From Marispirochaeta sp. (GTDB taxonomy: Bacteria > Spirochaetota > Spirochaetia > JC444 > Marispirochaetaceae), in contig CAXXFF010000001.1 of NCBI GenBank assembly GCA_963676835.2, forward strand, positions 384,001 through 448,000: 64,000 nt of DNA. The letters are read 5' to 3'. Shown here piece by piece: positions 55,360 through 64,000 of this stretch. The notes under the pieces were generated by a model. The model ran no database searches. It was not told the DNA's origin and worked only from the letters and a program-made list of their open reading frames with translations. Numbering within the stretch: position 1 is the stretch's first letter; each line of letters begins with the position of its first letter. Both the position numbers and the translations under genes were made by a program.

Positions 55360-57107
55360 GCGGGAATCCAGCTTTCGATATCCGCCTTTATCGCGGCAAG
55401 CTGACTGTTTACAGACTCTTCTGCGGCCTTTTCCTCAGCTCCGCTCTCGGAGCAGCAGGAAGCGTAGAACTTTATCTTCGGTTCAGTACCGCTGGGCCGG
55501 GCAGTAACCACAGAGCCGTTTTCAAGGAAAAACTGCAGGACATTGGACGAAGGAAGTTCAATATCCTCTTTTGTCTCACCGGTAGAAGTATCCGTGGTTG
55601 TGCCTTCAAGATAATCCTTTACAAGTGAAACCTTAACCCCGCCGATGGATGCAGGGGGTTCATTTCTGAACTGCTCCATAAGGCTTTTCATAGTTTCAAG
55701 ACCACTCTGGCCTTTAAAATAGGCGGAGACCAGAATTTCCCGGTACAGACCGAAGCGACGGTAGATATCCTTCAGATGATCCAGAACAGACCGTCCAATG
55801 GAACGGTTATAGAGAGCCATTTCCGCTGTAAGAAAAGCCGCAGAAACCGCATCTTTATCCCGCACTTCAGTTTCTATCAGGTAGCCGTAGCTCTCCTCTC
55901 CTCCAAAGACATAGTCCTCTTCGGTAAACTCAAAACGCTTGATAATGTCCGCTATATACTTGAAACCCGTTAATACATCATAGATTTTTGCACCGTAGCT
56001 TTCCGCAATTTTACGCTGAAGTTCGGTGGTCACAATGGTTTTTACTATTCTCGGCTGCGGGGGCATGGTACCCAGCTCTTTTTTGGTCAGCAGAAGATAA
56101 TCTTCCAGCAGACATCCCAGCTGGTTGCCGGTAATAAGTACATACTTTCCTGTTTCATCAGGAACAGCGATACCCAGCCTGTCTGCATCCGGATCGGTAC
56201 CCATAACCAGGTCTGCCTTCTCTTTTGCTGCCAGATCAAGGGCCATCTTCATGGCGGAAGCCTCTTCCGGATTGGGGAACTCTACTGTGGGAAAGTTGCC
56301 GTCAGGATCACGCTGCTCGGGGACGGTAAGTACTTCGATGCCTGATTCGGACAGTATACGCTCCACCAGCATGGTTCCGGTGCCGTGTAGAGGAGTATAG
56401 ACCACCTTCAGGTCCTTCCCCTTCTCTTTCAACAGAGCAGGACGCTGACTGTAGCTTTTGATCAGCTCAACAAAATCATCATCTATATCTTTATCAATCT
56501 CTACGAGGAGGCCTTTCGCTACTGCATCTTCCCTGGAGATTTTGGGAATATCGCCGTCAACTGAACGAACCTCTTCGATAATTCCCTTGTCATGAGGGCT
56601 GATTATCTGCCCCCCGTCAGACCAGTAGACCTTGTATCCGTTATACTCACTGGGGTTGTGGGAAGCTGTTATAACCACACCGGAGGTACAACCCAGCTTT
56701 CTCATGGCAAAGGAGAGTTCCGGGGTCGGCCGCAGACTGCTGAACAGGTAGGTTTTTATGCCGTTGGCACAGAAAGTCAGTGCCGTAACCTCGGCAAAAT
56801 CCCGGCTGAAGTTGCGGGAATCATAGGCAATGGCCGCCGAAGGGTTCTCTACACCGGAGTTTTCCATTACATAATAGGCCAGCCCCTGGGTTGCCCGGCT
56901 TACCATAAGCGGGTTCATACGGTTGTAGCCGCCACCGATGACACCCCGCAGTCCGCCGGTGCCGAAATCAAGCTGGGTATAAAAACGGTCATTCAGTTCT
57001 TCATAATCTTCAGCTTTTATCAGGGCCAGCATTTCATCGCGAAAATAGGGATGGTTTTCCGCTTTAACATAATCATCTGCAAGTTTCAACAATTCAGAAT
57101 TATCCAT
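55356..57107 (-). CDS. pgm: Phosphoglucomutase/phosphomannomutase
   Basis: FGTGGLRG, TASHNP, DPDADR, GEES and RPSGTEPKIK. Confidence 0.92.
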   Translation of the reverse strand: MDNSELLKLADDYVKAENHPYFRDEMLALIKAEDYEELNDRFYTQLDFGTGGLRGVIGGGYNRMNPLMVSRATQGLAYYVMENSGVENPSAAIAYDSRNFSRDFAEVTALTFCANGIKTYLFSSLRPTPELSFAMRKLGCTSGVVITASHNPSEYNGYKVYWSDGGQIISPHDKGIIEEVRSVDGDIPKISREDAVAKGLLVEIDKDIDDDFVELIKSYSQRPALLKEKGKDLKVVYTPLHGTGTMLVERILSESGIEVLTVPEQRDPDGNFPTVEFPNPEEASAMKMALDLAAKEKADLVMGTDPDADRLGIAVPDETGKYVLITGNQLGCLLEDYLLLTKKELGTMPPQPRIVKTIVTTELQRKIAESYGAKIYDVLTGFKYIADIIKRFEFTEEDYVFGGEESYGYLIETEVRDKDAVSAAFLTAEMALYNRSIGRSVLDHLKDIYRRFGLYREILVSAYFKGQSGLETMKSLMEQFRNEPPASIGGVKVSLVKDYLEGTTTDTSTGETKEDIELPSSNVLQFFLENGSVVTARPSGTEPKIKFYASCCSESGAEEKAAEESVNSQLAAIKADIESWIPA

Positions 57108-57263
57108 ATAAAACTCTCCTTTGGAGCAATCATACCTTCGAGTATCTACAGTATATACTATAGCTGAATTCGTAGCATGAAAAAAACATTCGACGCAATA
57201 ACGGCTGTATTAGAAATAGAATGAAAAAGTTCCTTGCCAAATCATGGGAATCTCACATATGCT

Positions 57264-58226
57264 ATGAACGTGGTTTCAATTGTACCGGTAGCCAGCGGAA
57301 AAGGCGGAGTAGGTAAAAGTCTCATTACAGCCAACCTCGGCTTGAGCCTTGCGAAAAAGGGTAAAACAGTAATCCTTGTGGACCTCGATCTTGGGGGCTC
57401 CAATCTCCACTCCTTTCTGGGGGTAAAGAATAACCACACCGGAATCGGAGGATACATCTACAAGCAGGCAGAAAGCCTTGAAGAGTGCATCCAGCCCACA
57501 GAATGGGAACGGCTCTTTCTTATACCCGGAGATGCCCTGCTCCCGGGAACCGCCAACCTGCCCTTTTTTACCAAGCAGAAAATACTGAAAGAACTGAATC
57601 AGTCGGTGGCGGACATAGTTCTGCTCGATCTTGGAGCCGGCAGTTCATACAACACCATTGATTTCTTCCTTTCATCCTGGTCGGCCCTTATGGTAACCAC
57701 CGGCGAACCGACAGCGGTGCTGAATGCCTACTCTTTTCTCAAAACAGCCGCTTTCAGGCTTATGTACCGCAGCTTCCCGCCGAAATCACACGAACGGGCA
57801 ATGGTGCTGGATTTTGTCACCGCAAAAATTGAAGGCGGGGAAAGCTCCTATTTTGATCTTCTGGACGGACTGTATGCGGTAAACCCCGAGTCTGGAGCTC
57901 TTCTGAAAGAAAACCTCAACAGCCTCGTGCCCAGGGTTATCCTGAATATGGGCAGATCCGAGAATGATATTAAAATTGGCCGCAAACTGCGGGATATAAG
58001 CCGCAGGAATATCGGCATAGAGATGGAATACCTCTCATTTCTGCCGTTTACCGACGATGCCCGCAGTTCACTTTTAAAAAGGGTTCCCCTGGTTGAGCTT
58101 CTGCCGGAATCTGCCTTTGCCCGGAAGATAGATCAGCTCGCTGAAGATCTGCTTCTGCGCCTTAAAGGCAGCGGCCCCGATCTGCATGACGGCGACATTC
58201 ACAACCTTGAGTCGGGTCTGCAGTAA
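57264..58226 (+). CDS. MinD/FlhG-family P-loop ATPase
   Basis: Deviant Walker A SGKGGVGKS, DLDLGGSNL and DLGAG; likely start ATG 57264. Confidence 0.85.
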   Translation: MNVVSIVPVASGKGGVGKSLITANLGLSLAKKGKTVILVDLDLGGSNLHSFLGVKNNHTGIGGYIYKQAESLEECIQPTEWERLFLIPGDALLPGTANLPFFTKQKILKELNQSVADIVLLDLGAGSSYNTIDFFLSSWSALMVTTGEPTAVLNAYSFLKTAAFRLMYRSFPPKSHERAMVLDFVTAKIEGGESSYFDLLDGLYAVNPESGALLKENLNSLVPRVILNMGRSENDIKIGRKLRDISRRNIGIEMEYLSFLPFTDDARSSLLKRVPLVELLPESAFARKIDQLAEDLLLRLKGSGPDLHDGDIHNLESGLQ

Positions 58227-58302
58227 GATTAATTCTATCTTTCTCAGGGTTTAAGAGAACGCCTGAAGAATGCCTTAAAAAGAGAACATTAAAAATGATA
58301 GC

Positions 58303-59316
58303 TTAAGGATAAGTTACCCGGAATCCTTCCACCCGGGCACTTGCACCTTCATACAGCCCGCTGGTTTCCCCGGCTTTAAGACGATGATACCCGAGCCCCG
58401 CTATCATGGCACCGTTATCGGTACAGAGAGCCAGGGGTGGAAAAATTACCTCAAGATCTTTTTCTGCAGCAAAACGGCTGCGCAAATAGCTGTTTGCAGC
58501 AACTCCGCCGCCGGCGACAACTGTTTTCAATCCCGTATCCTCTACCGCTCGAAGCACCCGCTTGACCAGAATATCGATGGCCCGTCGTTGAAAGGAGGCA
58601 GCGATATTTTCCGGTGATTTTTCAGAAATCCCGTCCCAGAACTGATCACTCTGGTTGATTACCGCGTTTTTAAGGCCTGAGTAGGATACATCATAGCGAT
58701 GATCACCTTTATGCAGGTTAGGTCCGGGGAATTTAAAAGCTAAGGGGTTACCCTTCTGTGCCAATTGATCAATAACCACCCCGCCGGGAAATCCAAAATT
58801 GTAGAACTTTGCCACCTTGTCGAAGGCTTCCCCGCAGGCATCGTCTATGGTGGTGCCCATAACCCTGATTTCTTCCGGGCCGTCAACCACACAGATCATT
58901 GTGTGGCCGCCGGAAACAAGGAGTCCGAGAAAAGGATATTCAACTTCCCGCTCTAGCTGAGGAGCATAAAGATGAGCCATAACATGATTAACTGTTGTGT
59001 AGGGAACACCAAGAGAGAGGACAAGCCCCTTGGCAAAGGAAAGCCCAACCAGAAGGGAACCCACGAGTCCCGGTCTGCTGGTTACGGCAATTCCGTCCAG
59101 ATCGCTTCCTTTAAGACCTGCCTGGCGGAGTGCCTCAAAGTAGGTATCTTCAATCCATTCAGTATGAGTCCTGGAAGCAATCTCCGGAACTACTCCCATA
59201 AAGGGACGGTGTATTTCTATCTGGGTTGCTACAACGCTTGAGAGTATCTTTCGTCCGTCTTCTACAACTGCAATACTGCAGTCATCACAGGAACTCTCAA
59301 TTCCAAGAACCTTCAT
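58303..59316 (-). CDS. tsaD: tRNA N6-threonylcarbamoyltransferase TsaD
   Basis: LGIESSCDD, GVVPEIASR, H...H, VSGGHT, DDACGEAFDK and CTDNGAMIA. Confidence 0.95.
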   Translation of the reverse strand: MKVLGIESSCDDCSIAVVEDGRKILSSVVATQIEIHRPFMGVVPEIASRTHTEWIEDTYFEALRQAGLKGSDLDGIAVTSRPGLVGSLLVGLSFAKGLVLSLGVPYTTVNHVMAHLYAPQLEREVEYPFLGLLVSGGHTMICVVDGPEEIRVMGTTIDDACGEAFDKVAKFYNFGFPGGVVIDQLAQKGNPLAFKFPGPNLHKGDHRYDVSYSGLKNAVINQSDQFWDGISEKSPENIAASFQRRAIDILVKRVLRAVEDTGLKTVVAGGGVAANSYLRSRFAAEKDLEVIFPPLALCTDNGAMIAGLGYHRLKAGETSGLYEGASARVEGFRVTYP

Positions 59317-60266
59317 TCCTGGCCCTGCCGCCCCAGATAAATCATATTCCCCACATCATCGAAGCTAAACCCGGCATCGGAAAACTCGGGAAACAACTCC
59401 AGGAGAAGTTCCGCAAGGTGTTCATCCCATACATGGCCGATCATAACGGCCCTGCCGCTTTTTTCTGCAATACTGAACCCTGAACGCAGGGCCCTTTCGA
59501 TATAGTCACGCTCTCTTGTGTTGTCTAAAAACATGCTGTTCCTTTTAATAAACGGTACATCCATAAGGCCTGCGATTTCTCCTGCCACACTTTTACCGGT
59601 GGTGAGAGAATCCAGAAAAAACATATTTTTCTCCTTCAGATAGGAGAGAATATACGACATTATTTCCTCATCGGCAGTAACTTTGGAGCCCATATGATTG
59701 TTCATGCCCGCGGCGCCATCAAGTCCGGACAGATTAGTATCTAAAACAGTGAAAACTTCTTCCCTGGTCATGCCGCTGTAAATAGCACCTACACCTGGAT
59801 CAGCATCCCCTTCAGGCTCCATGGGCTGATGAATAATATACATCTGGCCCGCATCTTTAATTCTATTAACCGATTCTTCCGTAAATCGCCTGCCCGGCAT
59901 CACCGCAAAGGTAATTTTCATTGGCAGATGCAGAAAGGGTTCCAGCTCTTCAAGACTGTTTCCCACATCATCCAGAACCAGTGCAACCTGCCTGCCCTTC
60001 ATTGTTGCTGCAGTAGTTTTCTGAACCGACACGGTTTCCGGGTATTTTTCCACTTTGGGCAGTGCTGTCTCTTCTATCGCAGACTGAGGCTGGCGATTAT
60101 TGGAAGTATTTGGAATGTTGTTGCTTATGGTTTGTAATTCAGGATCCGGGGAATGCTGAAGTGCCGCAATGCCAATACCGATAACAACCGCGGCGGTAAT
60201 CAGCAACACATATGCAAGTCTCAATCGCTTTTTCTGCCGAACCGAGGCAGGCTGTTTTCGTGCCAT
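59313..60266 (-). CDS. Divergent polysaccharide deacetylase family protein
   Basis: N-terminal TM helix, LDDVG, HQPMEP, NNHMGS and FLDS. Confidence 0.88.
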   Translation of the reverse strand: MARKQPASVRQKKRLRLAYVLLITAAVVIGIGIAALQHSPDPELQTISNNIPNTSNNRQPQSAIEETALPKVEKYPETVSVQKTTAATMKGRQVALVLDDVGNSLEELEPFLHLPMKITFAVMPGRRFTEESVNRIKDAGQMYIIHQPMEPEGDADPGVGAIYSGMTREEVFTVLDTNLSGLDGAAGMNNHMGSKVTADEEIMSYILSYLKEKNMFFLDSLTTGKSVAGEIAGLMDVPFIKRNSMFLDNTRERDYIERALRSGFSIAEKSGRAVMIGHVWDEHLAELLLELFPEFSDAGFSFDDVGNMIYLGRQGQE

Positions 60267-60333
60267 TCATATTTATGGTACGAAAATCAGGCCTGCTGGT
60301 CAAGAATTGCTGCAGTACAATACTTTTTAGGAA

Positions 60334-61173
60334 TTACTGATAAACGTACTCCCGGACTTCATCTGCATGTTCCCGCAGTTTCCGGATTGCTCTCATTTCA
60401 ATCTGACGGACAGTTTCGGGAGATATTCCCATCCGTTCGCCGATTGTTTTAAGGGTATACTTTTTACCGCCGTAAAAACTGAAACGGTAAAGAAGAATCT
60501 GCCGTTCTTTATCCATCAGATGCTCAAGAAAGCGCATAGTATCCTCATGGAGACTCTTTTTTACCAGCTCAGAATCGGGGTCGTAGGTGTAATCTTCGCA
60601 CATATCCAGAAGTGAACCGGATTCAAAGTTTTCTTCAGAATCCAGGGATGCCACCGCTGATGATGCATTAAGCAGTGAGCTGACCTCTTCCGCCTTCATA
60701 CCTACTTCCACCGCTACTTCTTCTACTGTAGGTTTCTGCTGATTAAGCTGAGTAAGGGTATAATATGCCTTCTGAATCTTCTTCAGGGCTTCCTCTTTTC
60801 TGTGAGGAAGGCGAATCGGCCGGCGCTTGTTAGACAGGGCCCGTACAATGGACTGCTTGATCCACCATGCAGCATAGGTGCTGAAGCGGACATTTTTTCT
60901 GTAATCATATTTACTGGCGGCTTTTATCAGTCCCAGATTACCTTCCTGAACAATGTCAAGAAAACTAACATCTCCTGTGGTGTAGGCTTTGGCAATTTTT
61001 ACAACAAGTCTTAAATTCGCTTTAATAAGTTTTTCCCTGGCAAGCTCATCACCTTTCATGATGCGGCGGGAAAGTTCAAGTTCTTCTTCAAAACTTAAGA
61101 GCGGTGTCGATTTAATCTGCTGGAAATATGCCTTAAGTGAGTCTTCGCTCTGGCTTGTTTTCCTGATTTTCAT
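60334..61173 (-). CDS. rpoS: Sigma70-family factor without region 1.1 (RpoS-like)
   Basis: Regions 1.2 to 4 (NLRLVVKIAK, QEGNLGL, FSTYAAWWI, ETVRQIE). ATG 61173 follows AAGGAG. The symbol rests on Borrelia-like synteny and is provisional. Confidence 0.8.
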   Translation of the reverse strand: MKIRKTSQSEDSLKAYFQQIKSTPLLSFEEELELSRRIMKGDELAREKLIKANLRLVVKIAKAYTTGDVSFLDIVQEGNLGLIKAASKYDYRKNVRFSTYAAWWIKQSIVRALSNKRRPIRLPHRKEEALKKIQKAYYTLTQLNQQKPTVEEVAVEVGMKAEEVSSLLNASSAVASLDSEENFESGSLLDMCEDYTYDPDSELVKKSLHEDTMRFLEHLMDKERQILLYRFSFYGGKKYTLKTIGERMGISPETVRQIEMRAIRKLREHADEVREYVYQ

Positions 61174-61199
61174 GGCACTCTCCTTCATGTATTTATACA

Positions 61200-61215
61200 T
61201 GCAAGCATCGTGCCA
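61200..61215 (-). promoter_or_regulatory. Consensus sigma54 (-24/-12) promoter of the sigma factor gene
   Basis: Minus strand reads TGGCACGATGCTTGCA, a perfect TGGCAC-N5-TTGCA match just upstream of the RBS. Confidence 0.85.
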
Positions 61216-61333
61216 AAACAGTATTCTTTAGGCAGGTTTTTTTATTTCATTATAATACAACGATTTATTTACTTAACTTTTTTTAACCATTTTTATAAAC
61301 AATAAATGTTATACAAAAGTATACTTTCACTGC

Positions 61334-61639
61334 TTATAGTGTATATTTCTGTGAAAGCTGACGGTACAGCATATCGGAAAAACCGAGATTGGCTGTATTG
61401 GACATCTTCTCGGCATACTTTTCATACAGCATGTCTTCAAAGATATCTTCAGCCATACCACCCTTTATAAGACCGGTTTTATTTACTGTCTTGCGCATGC
61501 TTTTAAGCATCTGTTCAAGCAGCAGGGATTCAAACTCTTTACAGGCTTCTTTCAGCTGTGCGTCATTGGAAGATGGACTAACTTTAGGGGTTCTCACCGG
61601 ATTAAGGCTTCCCATCATTTGTATTGAGTTAAGTTCCAT
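61334..61639 (-). CDS. flgJ: Single-domain rod-binding FlgJ
   Basis: LKEACKEFESLLLEQMLKSMR...EDIFEDMLY; no muramidase domain. Confidence 0.87.
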   Translation of the reverse strand: MELNSIQMMGSLNPVRTPKVSPSSNDAQLKEACKEFESLLLEQMLKSMRKTVNKTGLIKGGMAEDIFEDMLYEKYAEKMSNTANLGFSDMLYRQLSQKYTL

Positions 61640-62704
61640 CTACATCACCTCCAGTTTCCCGAAAAGAGCCCCCGCATGATCAACCGCCTGCAGGATTTCT
61701 ATCAGCCCCTGAGTATCGACTCCAATTTCCCTTAGCAGATCCACAAACTGTTCTACACTGGGCCGGTCTTCGATAACAAAGCTTTCACTCTCTTTATCGG
61801 TAAAACCTCCGTTAATGCCGACACTTATTTTCAGCCCTTTATAGGAAACAGCTACCTTTCCTATCCGTACATCCTGCCCCATCACCACTACCCCGGTACG
61901 GGGATTGATTACAACCTTGTCTGCAAACAGGGCCGGGACATTCAGATTTTCAAGCTGCGCAATAAAGGCAACGCTTTTCTCTCTATATTCCTCGGGAACC
62001 ATTACCCCGATACGGCTTGCATCGGCAAAGCTTATTTCAAAGCCGGTTTCTTCGGTAATAATCTCACTGATTTTTGCTGCTGCAGTGTAATCCGGTTCCT
62101 TAAGTATTATGGTAACACGGTTGTCTTCCATAATCCTGCTGTTAACAGCCTTTTCTATTATTGCAGCCCCTGGAAGAAGAGCTACGGTATTGTTTGAACT
62201 TTCACCGGATGCCGGAATTACCCCCTGTGCAGCTGCGTAGACGATACCGTCTGCACCCTGCAGGGGTGACTGCAGGAGCACTCCTCCCGCAAGGGATTTG
62301 GCATCGCCCAGGCTTGAAACCTGTATACTCACCCGCTCCCCTGGCTGAACATAGGCGGGAATATCTGCGGTAAGCAGCACAACCGCACTGTTCTTGCTGC
62401 GTATATCCTGTTCGCTTACCTGTTCGGTATAGTTTGAAACTATGTTTGCCAGGAATTTCCGCATCAGCACGGAAGACTGTGAATCACCCTTGCCGGCAAG
62501 ACCGGTTACAAACCCGATGCCGCTGAGCTGATTTTCCCGGAACCCCTGTATAAAAGAGATCTCTTTAAGCTTTACCTCTGAAGTTTCTGAAACAGCGGAT
62601 ACAGCCTGCTCCTGGGAGAACAGAAGATTACAGGGAATGAACAAAAAGATTGCGAGAACAGGTATCCATAATAGTCTGGTCTTTTTCATACTGATTTCCT
62701 TCAT
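61640..62704 (-). CDS. flgI: Flagellar P-ring protein
   Basis: RENQLSGIGFVTGLAGKGD, SSLGDAKSLAGGVL and VVINPRTGVVV. The start may be 62689. Confidence 0.92.
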   Translation of the reverse strand: MKEISMKKTRLLWIPVLAIFLFIPCNLLFSQEQAVSAVSETSEVKLKEISFIQGFRENQLSGIGFVTGLAGKGDSQSSVLMRKFLANIVSNYTEQVSEQDIRSKNSAVVLLTADIPAYVQPGERVSIQVSSLGDAKSLAGGVLLQSPLQGADGIVYAAAQGVIPASGESSNNTVALLPGAAIIEKAVNSRIMEDNRVTIILKEPDYTAAAKISEIITEETGFEISFADASRIGVMVPEEYREKSVAFIAQLENLNVPALFADKVVINPRTGVVVMGQDVRIGKVAVSYKGLKISVGINGGFTDKESESFVIEDRPSVEQFVDLLREIGVDTQGLIEILQAVDHAGALFGKLEVM

Positions 62705-62717
62705 ATTTCAGTGCCGC

Positions 62718-63479
62718 TTAAAACAGGGCTTCTGCGGAGGATTGACTGGTAATTCTTGCATCAATTAAACGTCCGGTACCGTTCAGCCGCACCCGGGTTG
62801 TTTCCCCGACAACGGCGGTACTGTTAACCCGTCCAGGGGCGGTAATAAATATCCCCTGCCGGTAGATAAGTACATTAATCAGTGTTCCGGCCCGTACAGT
62901 TATCTTTTCCGGAGTGCTTTTAAGAGAGTTTGTGCTGATGTGAATATTCCTGAAGCTGCTTTTTTCCGTGCTGCCGTCAGTACCGGAATATACGGATAGA
63001 GCCGCCATGGTAAGCCGAAGCATCCTGTTGGAATGATATGTCGCCTGCCTGATAGTTTTTCCCTCACGGATATCCTGCAGCAGGCCTTTCCAGTCCTCAA
63101 GGGGAATACTGAATGATTCAGCCTTGTTTAAGAGCTCATCGGAGATTATCCGATACTGTTCGCAGCCAGTTTCATTATCGGATAGGTTTTCTTCATCAAC
63201 GGCCGGAAAAATCCAGATCCCCTCTCCTACAAGAGAACCTTTCAAATCGTCATCAAGCAGTGAGGCAATACTGTTTTGTGAAAGAAATGTGACTGCGTTT
63301 CGTGTATCAATACTTTGGGGAAGCATTTGGCCGGAAAGACGGGTAGATGGCTGTATGAACAGGTCGTTAAGAAGGGAATGATCTCCCGCGGTAATATCGC
63401 TTTTAAGATAAAGAGTCTCCGCCGCGGCTGCACTGGAAAGCAGCAGGAACACGGCGAAGACCATTGCCGGGAATTTCAT
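62718..63479 (-). CDS. flgA: Probable P-ring assembly chaperone FlgA (divergent)
   Basis: Signal peptide; C-terminal V.AG..I.V......I.I...G......VG....V....TG..I.A pattern; lies between flgG and flgI. Confidence 0.65.
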   Translation of the reverse strand: MKFPAMVFAVFLLLSSAAAAETLYLKSDITAGDHSLLNDLFIQPSTRLSGQMLPQSIDTRNAVTFLSQNSIASLLDDDLKGSLVGEGIWIFPAVDEENLSDNETGCEQYRIISDELLNKAESFSIPLEDWKGLLQDIREGKTIRQATYHSNRMLRLTMAALSVYSGTDGSTEKSSFRNIHISTNSLKSTPEKITVRAGTLINVLIYRQGIFITAPGRVNSTAVVGETTRVRLNGTGRLIDARITSQSSAEALF

Positions 63480-63504
63480 CCCTCACCTCAATTTATGAAA
63501 ACTG

Positions 63505-64000
63505 TTACCGTTTCAGTCCGTTGGCAATACCGAGCATGCTGTCGGAGGTCTGGATGGCTTTGGAGTTCAGTTCGTAAGCCCTCTGGGCTACGATCATATT
63601 CACCATCTCCTTTACCACTGAAACGTTGGACATTTCGAGAAATTTATGGATGGTTTTACCCATACCGTCAAAACCGGGGCGGCCGCCGATGGCCTCGCCT
63701 GAACCGTTGGTTACCTTGTAGAGGTTTTCGCCTATGGCCTGCAGACCCGCAGGGTTAACAAAGCGGTAGAGCTCAAGCTGGCCCACCTCGATGGGATCAT
63801 CAGAACCTGCAACCTTAACACTTACCCGCCCGTCCTGGGAGATAGTCAGGCTGTCCCGGACAAAACCTTCCGGCAATGTAATCTCCGGCATAAGGCGGTA
63901 GCCGTTGGAGCTGACAATCTGTCCCTCTGAATCTATTTTAAACGCGCCGTCACGGGTGTAGCCGTAGGTGCCGTCGATTAAGAGTTCCCGGAAAAAGCCC
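63505..64000 (-). CDS. flgG: Flagellar distal rod protein FlgG (3' part)
   Basis: YTRDGAF, FVNPAGL.AIGENLY and LEMSNVSVVKEMVNMIVAQRAYELNSK; the 5' end lies outside the window. Confidence 0.93.
   Translation of the reverse strand, partial: GFFRELLIDGTYGYTRDGAFKIDSEGQIVSSNGYRLMPEITLPEGFVRDSLTISQDGRVSVKVAGSDDPIEVGQLELYRFVNPAGLQAIGENLYKVTNGSGEAIGGRPGFDGMGKTIHKFLEMSNVSVVKEMVNMIVAQRAYELNSKAIQTSDSMLGIANGLKR

Noticed and set aside
1..64000. tRNA, rRNA, integrase, transposase or prophage genes
   Set aside because: None recognised; intergenic gaps are short and largely explained by promoters, terminators or the repeats listed.

Overview
A 64 kb chromosomal window from a bacterium that is probably a free-living, anaerobic spirochaete. 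This is inferred from the flgG-flgA-flgI-flgJ order without flgH, a Borrelia-like flgJ-sigma factor-deacetylase-tsaD gene order, and spirochaete-style signal peptides. Left part: a BMP/nucleoside-type ABC operon, mscS, and an accessory block with a hipBA-type toxin-antitoxin pair, a CARF/RtcR-like sigma54 activator and duplicated coiled-coil membrane proteins. Middle: sugar and amino-acid catabolic genes, a GAF kinase with a REC-HDOD regulator, two copies of a TA-flanked MITE-like element, C39 and U32 family genes, a papain-family lipoprotein, recQ and an SF1 helicase. Right part: a cluster of surface-protein genes, an HD-GYP gene, then core genes. Best candidates for something new: (1) two tandem two-gene modules, each a beta-barrel / transglutaminase-like Cys-His-Glu / TPR protein followed by an Ig-repeat lipoprotein, divergent from an HD-GYP gene; (2) a papain-family protease whose catalytic motifs are circularly permuted (Asn before Cys and His); (3) a consensus sigma54 promoter on an rpoS-like gene in Borrelia-like synteny. 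No rRNA, tRNA, CRISPR array or transposase was recognised. All family calls come from reading motifs by eye, with no database searches.
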